64,000 nt of DNA. Source: Dehalococcoidia bacterium (GTDB lineage: Bacteria > Chloroflexota > Dehalococcoidia > Bin125). Both the position numbers and the translations under genes were made by a program. The notes beneath the pieces were generated by a model. It was not told where the DNA came from, searched no databases, and saw only the letters and a list, made by a program, of their open reading frames with translations. Location: assembly GCA_963662615.2 (NCBI GenBank), contig CAXXSR010000001.1, forward strand, positions 256,001-320,000. The letters are read 5' to 3'. This document shows, piece by piece, positions 50,621 through 58,520 of this stretch (positions are counted from its first letter, which is position 1; each line of letters begins with the position of its first letter).

Positions 50621-50708
50621 CGGCCCGCTCTCTCCCTGCCCGCCGCCGGCGGCCCTTCCCTGTGGAAGGGCGCGCGCGGCGATCTCCCGCCTCAACGACG
50701 GTGTCCCG

Positions 50709-51143
50709 TCACTCGCCCACGGCTTCGCGGCAGCTCTTGCAGAGGCCGAAGATAGCGAAGTGGTCAACCGACGCGCCGAAGCCAAAGTCTCTGAGGACGG
50801 CGCGTTGCACAGGCTCCAGGTACCGGTGTTCCAGCTCCACGACGTGGCCGCAGCGCTGGCAGACTAGGTGGTGATGGCGCTCCGGCCCGATCCAGGCGTA
50901 GGACAGTTCGCTGCTGCCCAGGTCCGTTTCCGACACCAGCCCCAAGCGCCTGAACGTGGTCAGGGTGCGGTAGACGGTGCTGGCGTTCATGGAGGGGTGC
51001 CGCGCTTGCGCGGTGTCCAGAATCGTCTGCGCGGTGCAGTGCCCTGTGGCGTGGCGCAGCGCGGCGATGATGACCTCCCGCGGGCGCGTCATGCGCAGCC
51101 CGGATCGGTGGAGAACGTCCGCCGTGGTCGCTTCGCAGGACAC
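50709..51143 (-). CDS. Fur-family transcriptional regulator
   Basis: GLRMTRPR, STVYRTL, HHHLVCQRCG, FGLCKSC; GGAGGAG RBS. Confidence 0.92.
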   Translation of the reverse strand: MSCEATTADVLHRSGLRMTRPREVIIAALRHATGHCTAQTILDTAQARHPSMNASTVYRTLTTFRRLGLVSETDLGSSELSYAWIGPERHHHLVCQRCGHVVELEHRYLEPVQRAVLRDFGFGASVDHFAIFGLCKSCREAVGE

Positions 51144-51285
51144 GCCTGCACTCCTCCACCCATCGCCCGCCGCATCGATCGTAGGGCGCGCGGCAGGCCC
51201 GTTCCAAGTCGCGAGCGCGTCGGCCCGCTGCCGCCTCCGCTCCAACGCCAGAGGGCAAAGGCGGCGATCCGCCCCCTCCGCCCCT

Positions 51286-51849
51286 TTACCGCTCGGACCT
51301 TCCTTCCCGGGTAGCGCGCGGCGCGCTGCGTCCGGCGTAGTGCTCTTCGTAGCGGGCCAGGTCGTAGAGGACCGACGAGGCCCGATTGAGGTAGCGCAAC
51401 AGATCTGGGTTGAGCGCATGGCCGCCGGCCCCGAGCCGTGAGACCTCCCGCTCCGCTCGGCGGGTCACCGTGCGCGCCAGGTCCAGGGCGCCGCCCGCCG
51501 GCGTCTCGCCGGGGATGACGAACTCCTTGGGCGGCGGCGCCTCCAACTCCAGCTCGGCCGCCATGGCTTCCAGCCGCTCCACCTCGGTAGCGCCGGTGAC
51601 GAAGTCGGCCGGTACCGGCCGGCCGGGCGCCACCGCCAACTCCGCCATGATCAGGTAGAGGCGCTGCTGGATCTCCTGAGCCAGCGCGTTGGTCTTCGGA
51701 GCCGTGGCCAGGGCGCGGGCCAGGCCCAGCGCGCTGGTCGCTTCGTCAACGGCGCCGTACGCCTCCGGCTGCTGATCATGTTTGGGGACGCGGTCGCCGC
51801 CGTAGAGGCTAGTGCTGCCGTCGTCTCCGCGGCGCGTGAAGTGGGGCAT
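51286..51849 (-). CDS. pduO: PduO-type cob(I)alamin adenosyltransferase
   Basis: TRRGDDGSTSL, AYGAVDE, FVIPG, ARTVTRRAER, YLNRAS. Confidence 0.92.
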   Translation of the reverse strand: MPHFTRRGDDGSTSLYGGDRVPKHDQQPEAYGAVDEATSALGLARALATAPKTNALAQEIQQRLYLIMAELAVAPGRPVPADFVTGATEVERLEAMAAELELEAPPPKEFVIPGETPAGGALDLARTVTRRAEREVSRLGAGGHALNPDLLRYLNRASSVLYDLARYEEHYAGRSAPRATREGRSER

Positions 51850-51978
51850 ACGGCGATTGTAGCCAGGCGACCGCCCGCGCAGGGCAGGCACGCGCGCGTG
51901 ATGCCGCCCGCTGTGTCTGTGTAAGGGCCTGCCTGAGGAGGGACGACGGCCGGCGGGGCCCGGCGTCGGGCGGGCGGC

Positions 51979-53061
51979 TTAGGCCGCCCGAGCGCCCCGT
52001 CTGCGGAGGGAGGAGACGAGGGCGGGGGCGCCCCCGCCGACCAACCGCAGCCGCGGGTGGACCGCCAGCCGGCTCGGCACCGCGCGCGGGAGCCGCTGCG
52101 GCCCCCTGCCGTCGGCCCAGAGCAGGGCCAGGCCGATCACGGTGACGGGTACGACGATCATGGCGTGGAGGGCCACCGCGTAGGCCCCGGCCATCCCCGC
52201 CCCGACGCCGACGGCGCCGAGCGTCTGCGCCACCACCACCTCGAAGGCGCCAATGTTGCCGCCCGCTGGCGGCGCCCCCAACGTGAACTGCGCCACGGCC
52301 ACTAAGACGAGATAGCTTCCTATCCCCAGTGACATTCCCAAGGCTTCGCCCAGGAGCACATAGGCGACCCCCATCAGCGTCCAACAGAGCAGGGAGGCCC
52401 CCAGCACGGACCCCGCCTGCAGGGGGTGGCGCAACGCCTCCAGCCCCGCGATCAGGTGGCGTCCGCCGTTGCCCAGCGCCGCCTGGAAGCGAGAGGGAAG
52501 ACGGCGCAGCAGCGCCCGCCCGGGCCGCCGCGGCAGCCAGCCGCCCAAGACGAGGGCGACGAGCACGGCGGCCAGGCCCATGGAGGCGGCGAGGGCGAAG
52601 GCGGCGGTGCGGACGGTCCCATCCAGCTCGGCAAGCGCCAGCGCCGCCACGATCAGGGTCAGCAGGACGGCGCCGTCGAACAACGCCTCCACGACCATGC
52701 TGCTCCCTATGGCGGCATGACTGAGGCCGGTGCGGCGGCTGAGCAGGTGGACGCGAGCGATGACGCCCGCCTTCACCGGCAGCAGATTGTTGGCCGTGAC
52801 GCCAATGGTGAGCGCGTGAAACGGTCGCCAATAGCCGCAGTCGTGCAGATGAGCGAGCAGGTAACGCCACCTGCCGGCGCGGATCCCGTGCGCGGCCAGG
52901 TAGGCGCCGGCGGCGGCCAGGAGCAGGGCCGGGTTCGCGTTTGAGAGCGCCTCCCCCATGGCGGCGAAGTCCTGCTGCCAGACAAAGAGGCCAATGCCGG
53001 CCACGGAGATCAACAGCAGCAGCCAGAAGCGGCGGGAGTGGAGGGTCGAGCTGCGGGCCAT
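51979..53061 (-). CDS. Lysylphosphatidylglycerol synthase TM-domain (UPF0104, flippase-like) membrane protein
   Basis: RAGRWRYLL, ANNLLP.KAG..AR, VVEALFD, PP.GG.IGAFE; multiple TM segments. Confidence 0.85.
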   Translation of the reverse strand: MARSSTLHSRRFWLLLLISVAGIGLFVWQQDFAAMGEALSNANPALLLAAAGAYLAAHGIRAGRWRYLLAHLHDCGYWRPFHALTIGVTANNLLPVKAGVIARVHLLSRRTGLSHAAIGSSMVVEALFDGAVLLTLIVAALALAELDGTVRTAAFALAASMGLAAVLVALVLGGWLPRRPGRALLRRLPSRFQAALGNGGRHLIAGLEALRHPLQAGSVLGASLLCWTLMGVAYVLLGEALGMSLGIGSYLVLVAVAQFTLGAPPAGGNIGAFEVVVAQTLGAVGVGAGMAGAYAVALHAMIVVPVTVIGLALLWADGRGPQRLPRAVPSRLAVHPRLRLVGGGAPALVSSLRRRGARAA

Positions 53062-53175
53062 GCGCCATCCTGGTCAGGCCGAGATCGCCAACGGTGGGCC
53101 GATCCTCGACCCGTGCCTGAATAATCGGCAGGAACCCCTAAGGGTGTAGGCAGGACCCGTAGGGGGGCGGCGCGA

Positions 53176-53703
53176 TCAGGGTGCCGCTGGGGAAGGGGGC
53201 GGAAGGAGGTAGACGGTCGAGGAGCCGCGGTTGCCGGTCCGGTCCAGCGCCGGCATCGTCTGGACCGGCGCTTGGGGCGTTCCGTCCAGGACGTGATGGG
53301 CGATGATCCGGTGCAGCCGCACGACTTTTCCCCGGGCAGCCAAGGCCTCAACATCGGCCACGGTGAGGAAACGAGCGGCGTCCGTCTCGCGGCCATCGGG
53401 GTGGGGCTCGCCGGGGGCGGCGGCGACGGCGAGGGCGACGAAGGTGTCGGATCCGGCCGCCGTCGCCAGTGAGCGGACCGCGACGATGCCGCCGGCCTGC
53501 CCCGTCAGGGCGGCCTCCTCGCGCAGTTCACGCAGCGCGCAATCCTGCAGCGATTCGCCCGGATGCTGGGTGCCGTTGGGGATGACCCAACGGCCAGCCG
53601 CCCAGCCGTAGGTGGTCCGCACCATCAGGATGCGATTATCGCGGACGACGACGGCGCCCGCGCCCACCGTGACGGGCGGCTGGTCCGGCGCGGGCGGCGT
53701 CAC
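53176..53703 (-). CDS. NUDIX hydrolase
   Basis: VGAGAVVVRD, Nudix box G.QHPGESLQDCALRELREEA. Confidence 0.88.
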   Translation of the reverse strand: MTPPAPDQPPVTVGAGAVVVRDNRILMVRTTYGWAAGRWVIPNGTQHPGESLQDCALRELREEAALTGQAGGIVAVRSLATAAGSDTFVALAVAAAPGEPHPDGRETDAARFLTVADVEALAARGKVVRLHRIIAHHVLDGTPQAPVQTMPALDRTGNRGSSTVYLLPPPSPAAP

Positions 53704-54080
53704 GCCGGACGCTCGCCCTCGGCGGCGGGCTCGAAGGCAATGCACCACAAGGGACGGGAGCGCAGCGCTTTCCAGTCGGCGGGCGTCATGCGGTCGGGGT
53801 GCAGATGATTGATGCGGGCGAAGTGCTGCTCGAACGCCCGGCGATTCTCCCCGCCGTGCGCGCCGGCGGGCCAGCCCTCCGCCTCCAGGTCGGCCTCCGT
53901 CATCCCCGCGAGCGTGCAGCGGCGGAGCGCGGTGACGCGGATGCGTCCCCGCGAGGTGGAGCGGAATGACGTTTGCACGGCGTAGGTCCGACCCACCTTG
54001 ACCCGCGGCTGCCGGAGCCGGAGAGTCTGCCGTTTGCGGCCCGTCAGCACGGCGTCAACCCATTCCTTCTTGAAGAGCAT
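53700..54080 (-). CDS. ASCH domain protein
   Basis: MLFKKEWVDAVLTGRKRQTLR, DLEAEG, W.I.F; stop overlaps the NUDIX start. Confidence 0.85.
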   Translation of the reverse strand: MLFKKEWVDAVLTGRKRQTLRLRQPRVKVGRTYAVQTSFRSTSRGRIRVTALRRCTLAGMTEADLEAEGWPAGAHGGENRRAFEQHFARINHLHPDRMTPADWKALRSRPLWCIAFEPAAEGERPA

Positions 54081-54291
54081 GGGCCGATGCTAGCGGCTCC
54101 GCGCCGCGTCGCTCGACGAGCGGGGGATACGGCGCCAGGAAGATGCGGCCCCGCTGAGGCGCGCTTCGGTCCGTCGCGGTCGCGCCGTAGGGAGTGTCCC
54201 GATGCCGCGCGCTCGCCGCCGCGCGATGATGGGCATAGAGCCCGCAGGGCCGTCCACCGGCGGACCGGCCGCTCAACGGGGGAGGGACAGG

Positions 54292-54390
54292 ATGACGCTT
54301 CTGCGCCGTCTTAGCAGCCTGGGCGCCGCGCTCATCTTCATGGCAGTGGCCTTCGTGCCGGCGTTGCTGATCCCCGTGCTGGCGAGCTAA
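54292..54390 (+). CDS. Putative 32-aa small membrane protein
   Basis: GGGAGG RBS; MTLLRRLSSLGAALIFMAVAFVPALLIPVLAS. Confidence 0.5.
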   Translation: MTLLRRLSSLGAALIFMAVAFVPALLIPVLAS

Positions 54391-54896
54391 CCGCCCTCGG
54401 CCAGCGCGCGCTGGAACGCCTCATACGAGCGCTCGTCGAAGAGGACGAAGCGGATCAGCGCGATCGCCTCGTCGGCGCCGGCGCGCTCCCGCGCCACGGC
54501 GACCATGATGCGTGCACACTCGTCCGGCGAGAATCCGCCCACGCCGGTGCCCAAGGCGGGCAGGGCGATGGAGTGCAGCCCCAGCTCCTCGCCCAGCCTG
54601 AGCGCGCCGGCCGTGGCGGCGCGGATCTTCTCGGCGTCGGTGGCGAGGTCCTGGCCCATGGCGGCGGCGTGAATGACGTGCTTGGCCGCCAGCGACCCCG
54701 CGCCGGTGACCACGGCGCTTCCAATCTCGATCGGCCCCTGCCGTATCGCCTCCGCCTCAATGCCGCGGCCACCCCGTCCCGCGATGGCGCCGGCAACCCC
54801 GGCGCCCATCTAGAGGTGGTTGTTGGCGGCGTTGACGATGGCGTCCACCACCTGCTCGGTGATGTCTCCCCGCACGGCTTCGATCGTCGATGCCAC
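54387..54896 (-). pseudogene. Macro domain (ADP-ribose-binding/hydrolase) protein interrupted by in-frame TAG at 54810-54812
   Basis: GGAGGAG RBS; VASTIEAVRGDITEQVVDAIVNAANNHL*MGAGVAGAI...VIHAA...ALPALGTGVGGF. Confidence 0.88.
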
Positions 54897-55177
54897 GACG
54901 CTCCTCCGGTGCTGCGCTGCGCATTCTTTTGCGCGCGGCGGGCGCTGTCAACGGGGCCGGGAGCGGCTGGGGAGCGCGTCCCGCGAGGCGACACGAGAGC
55001 CGTCCTGGCCAGATGCCGGGGTCGGCAATACGGTACGGGGAGAAACGGAGGCGGCAGGACCCAGGCGCGGCGTTCTGCCGCGACGGTCGCAGGCCGCGAC
55101 TCGCAATGCCCAGGGGCTGCCGTAGCTGTCGTGCACCTGCCGACGCCGGATCGCCGGCGCCGGCGAGGAGAGCGCGG

Positions 55178-56317
55178 GTGACGTTGATCGCGTCGGCGCT
55201 GCTGAGCGTGTTGGCCTTGCTGCTCGTCGCCTGCGGCGACGGCGAGGCCGGGCCCAGCGCCGTCGCCGCGCCGCCGGCCGTGGCGGAGGGCCCAGCGCCG
55301 GTCGAGCGTGCCGATGCGGAGAGCGCCGTCGCCGCAACGCCGGCACGCTCCGACCACGACTCGCAGCCGATTCCGGAGCCGGTACCCCCCGCCGCCGGCG
55401 CTGTCCGCGTCCTCCCCGCGCCCCTTCCGCCGCCCGCGGTTCGCGAAGCGCGCGACGCCCCGCCGCCGCCTTCGCCGGAAGAGCCGGCGGCGATCGAGGC
55501 GGACCCTCCCGCCCCCTCCGGCCCTATCGCGGAGCGGATAAGCGAGGAGCTATCGCTCGACGCCCTCTCCGTCGCCGCCCGCGCCTTCGCCGAGAGCCGC
55601 AGCGGCGTCGTGGCGGTGGCGGTGATCGATCTGCGCGAGGGACACGTCTACACGGCGCGGACGGACACCGTGTTTTCCCTGGCGAGCGTCGCCAAGGTGC
55701 CGCTGATGCTGGCCGTGCTGGACGCCGCGCAAGGGGAAGGCCGCGCGCTGACCGACGCTGAGTCAGAGGCGCTGCGGTTGATGATCACGGCGAGCAACAA
55801 CGCCGCCGCCGACCGCCTCTGGCGTGCGGTGGGCGGTCGGGAGCCCGTGGTGGCGGTCCTGGAGGCGCTCGCGCTGGGCCGGCCCCGCTTCGCGATTGGC
55901 GAGGGCCCCTGGGGAGCGCAGCAAGCCGACGTCCTCAGCGTGGCCCTGCTGTTCGCCGAAATCGCCGAGGGGACCGTGCTCAGCCCCGAGAGCCGCGCCA
56001 GCGCGCTGCAGCTCCTCAGCTCCGTGCAGCCTGACCAGGCCTGGGGCATCACGGAAGGGCTGACGGCGCACTACGGCGGCGCCGAGGTTGCGCTAAAGAA
56101 CGGCTGGTTTCCCGACGACGAGCGGAGCTGGCGTGTGCACAGCGCCAGCTTCGTGCGCTCCCGCGACGGGCATGCGCTCTACGCCCTGGCCATCCTCAGC
56201 GAGGATCAGCCGTCCTACGCCTACGGCCTGCGCACCGTTAAAGGGGTGGCGCGGGAGATCCACCGGGCCCTGGCCGCGCCGGTGTACATGCCCTACGCCG
56301 TTGCGCCGTCGTCGTGA
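55178..56317 (+). CDS. Class A beta-lactamase-like serine hydrolase lipoprotein
   Basis: Lipobox LVAC; Pro-rich linker; ASVAK (SxxK), SNN, KNG motifs. Confidence 0.85.
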   Translation: MTLIASALLSVLALLLVACGDGEAGPSAVAAPPAVAEGPAPVERADAESAVAATPARSDHDSQPIPEPVPPAAGAVRVLPAPLPPPAVREARDAPPPPSPEEPAAIEADPPAPSGPIAERISEELSLDALSVAARAFAESRSGVVAVAVIDLREGHVYTARTDTVFSLASVAKVPLMLAVLDAAQGEGRALTDAESEALRLMITASNNAAADRLWRAVGGREPVVAVLEALALGRPRFAIGEGPWGAQQADVLSVALLFAEIAEGTVLSPESRASALQLLSSVQPDQAWGITEGLTAHYGGAEVALKNGWFPDDERSWRVHSASFVRSRDGHALYALAILSEDQPSYAYGLRTVKGVAREIHRALAAPVYMPYAVAPSS

Positions 56318-56390
56318 GGGATGAAGAGTGCGGTGCAGGAATCACGACGCGATGCTGGGCGACATCGACTCGCGGCTCATAGTGGTGGCA

Positions 56391-57467
56391 CTAGCTCGCT
56401 GCGGGCAGGGGCTTGCTCCGTAGCTGGTTCAGCGCCTCGATGAGGTCGAGCGTTTGTTCGGCCCCGAGGTCATCACCTTGGTAATCAGTCACGAACAGAC
56501 CCCCCAGATTCGTAGGGATTTCTAAGCGCGTGTCCCACACGAGAATGACTCGCTCACCGAAAAGCGCGAGCGCGCCCCCGATCTCGGTGAGGACGTTGTC
56601 GTTGATCTTAGGCGAGCAGCCCTCCGGCGTTTCCGCCTCGTCCAGGCTGACATTAATGACGGCAGCGGCGCATGTGCGCATAGAGTCGAAAACCTTACCG
56701 GAGACCGGCTCAGCAGTGGTTTCGCGTTCGACCTCTATGACCGGCTCCATACTGGCTAGAGCTACCGCTCGCTTGATCGCGGCGCGGATGGTTTCGTTCT
56801 TGCCGTGACCTATGAAGACGCGGCCCAGATCGACTTGGCGTTCTGTAGGCGTGACTGCCTCTCGACCCCTGTCCTGCTGTTCCGCCTCTTGATCCTCGTC
56901 AGCAGCCGGATGTTCATCCACGTGGTCATCGAGCGCCTCGCCCTCGTCCGTGCGCAATGGGGTCCCCTCGACGAACGCACGCAGCTGCTGTCGATTCACC
57001 GCGAAGCGCGTCTCCTTTCCGTGTCGGCCTACGGTCGTGCTGCCGAGACCCGCAGCCTCGCCGACTGAGAAGAAAAAATTCACCGCTGAGGCAAGCGTCT
57101 TGCTCTTCATGCCACCGATCACGCTGTGAATGTGCGCCTGGACCTCCGAGGTGGGCGCCTCCTCGAACTCCTGCTGATAGATCCATTCGAGCACGTCGGC
57201 GTACGGCTCGTAGCCTCGTAGAATCTCAAACTAGGTCCCCTGATGGTTGGGGTTGCGGGCAATCGATCGCCCGATCTGCGTGAGTTCGAGTTGGTCACTA
57301 TCGCCGACCAACTTCAGCGCTCGGTACGCAGACAGTTTTCGGGGATCAAGGAGCCCCTGCTGCACCTTTGAGCGCGCTTTCTCCAGCGGCTCACCTGTGG
57401 GCTTCGTCTTCAGGTAGCTCGCGATGCTCTTGATGTCTTCCGCGGATGTATGAACTGGGAAAGCCAT
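56391..57467 (-). pseudogene. TIR-like nucleotide-binding domain protein (CAP12/Pycsar effector-type TIR, PF10137-like) with in-frame TAG at 57231-57233
   Basis: ORFs 57231-57467 and 56391-57194 are one frame; C-terminal RVFIGHG...DNVLTEIG...IPTNLGG; GGAGG RBS; visibly lower GC. Confidence 0.82.
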
Positions 57468-57479
57468 CCTGAGTTCCTC

Positions 57480-57497
57480 CTAGAACATCTGTTCTAG
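57480..57497. promoter_or_regulatory. LexA/SOS-type box (GAAC-N4-GTTC) upstream of the TIR gene
   Basis: Palindrome CTAGAAC-atct-GTTCTAG abutting the RBS. Confidence 0.75.
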
Positions 57498-57631
57498 ACG
57501 GATGCGGCTCTAGACGCTACAGCGTCGCAACCTCGCGCGCTTACCTGCGGCAGACACCACGATCCTCGCAGGCCTGGGCGGACGGCCTGGCGCTGGGATG
57601 GCGAGCCCCGTGGAGGCGAGGAGCTGTTCTG

Positions 57632-57940
57632 CTAAAAGATGCCCAGCTCGAACTTGGCCTCGTCGCTGGCCATCTCGCGCGGGTCCCAGGGCGGGCTGAA
57701 GACGATCTCCGTCTCCACGTCCTCGACCCCCTCGGTCGCCGCCGCGGCCTCGTGGATCTGCGCCTGCAGCATGGGCCCTACCGGGCAGGCCGGCGTGGTC
57801 AGCGTGAAAATCACGCGGACGTTCTTGCCGTCCTCCGAGGGCTCAATGCGGTAGATCAGCCCCAAGTCCACGACGTTGATGCCGATCTCCGGATCGAAGA
57901 CGGTCTTCAGCCGCTCGCGAACGTCCTCTTCAGTCACCAT
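57632..57940 (-). CDS. sufT: DUF59/MIP18 (SufT-like) Fe-S assembly protein
   Basis: V.DPEIGINVVDLGLIY, TLTTPACP, FSPPW. Confidence 0.9.
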   Translation of the reverse strand: MVTEEDVRERLKTVFDPEIGINVVDLGLIYRIEPSEDGKNVRVIFTLTTPACPVGPMLQAQIHEAAAATEGVEDVETEIVFSPPWDPREMASDEAKFELGIF

Positions 57941-58002
57941 GACGCGGATTCCTTTCCGGCCCCACCGATTCCGCGGAGCACGGGCCTGCCTAGCCGGCCC
58001 GA

Positions 58003-58515
58003 CTAGCCGGAGGCCGAAGCGACGCGCGTTTGAATGTCGCTGTCGGTCTCGACGGAGCCGCCGCTCGCCTCCGCCAACGCCTGTTCCAGCACCTTCCAAG
58101 CCAGCAGCGCGCACTTGATCCGCACGGGAAAGCGGGCCACGCCCTGCAGCGATTCCAAGTCGCCGACGTCGGCGGCGTCGACGTCGAAGCCGTCTTGGGT
58201 GAGCATCGCCTGGACGGCGGCGGAGAGCGCGCGCAGCTCAGCCAGCGACCGTCGCTGCGCCTCCTCGGTCAGCATGGAGGCGGAACTCTGGCTGATGGAG
58301 CAGCCCTGTCCCTGAAAGCGGATGGCGGCGATCTTGTCCCCATTCAGGGTCAGGGCGATCTGGATCTCGTCCCCGCAGGCGGGATTGAAGCCCTCCGCCA
58401 CCACCGACGCGCCCTCCAACGTTCCCTTGTTGCGGGGGCTGCGGTAGTGGTCCAGGATCAGGTCGCGGTAAAGCTCGTCGAACTGGACGGGGTGCTGCGC
58501 TTCTGGGCTGGGCAC
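58003..58515 (-). CDS. sufU: SUF system NifU-family protein
   Basis: LYRDLILDHYRSPRN, NPACGD, GCSISQSSAS, PVRIKCALLAW. Confidence 0.93.
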   Translation of the reverse strand: MPSPEAQHPVQFDELYRDLILDHYRSPRNKGTLEGASVVAEGFNPACGDEIQIALTLNGDKIAAIRFQGQGCSISQSSASMLTEEAQRRSLAELRALSAAVQAMLTQDGFDVDAADVGDLESLQGVARFPVRIKCALLAWKVLEQALAEASGGSVETDSDIQTRVASASG

Positions 58516-58520
58516 GGCCG

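Noticed and set aside
51850-51978. Cobalamin riboswitch before pduO
   Set aside because: No B12-box consensus; the gene appears leaderless
55178-56317. Antibiotic-resistance beta-lactamase
   Set aside because: Lipoprotein with a Pro-rich linker and SNN/KNG variants; more consistent with a cell-wall-related serine hydrolase
14949-57233. Genome-wide TAG reassignment (alternative genetic code or pyrrolysine)
   Set aside because: TAG terminates many conserved genes at their expected ends (argC, groEL, cofE, sufB, sufS), and no pyl genes or suppressor tRNA are seen; only context-specific readthrough remains possible
56320-57630. IS element or prophage around the TIR gene
   Set aside because: No transposase, integrase, terminal inverted repeats or target-site duplication recognised
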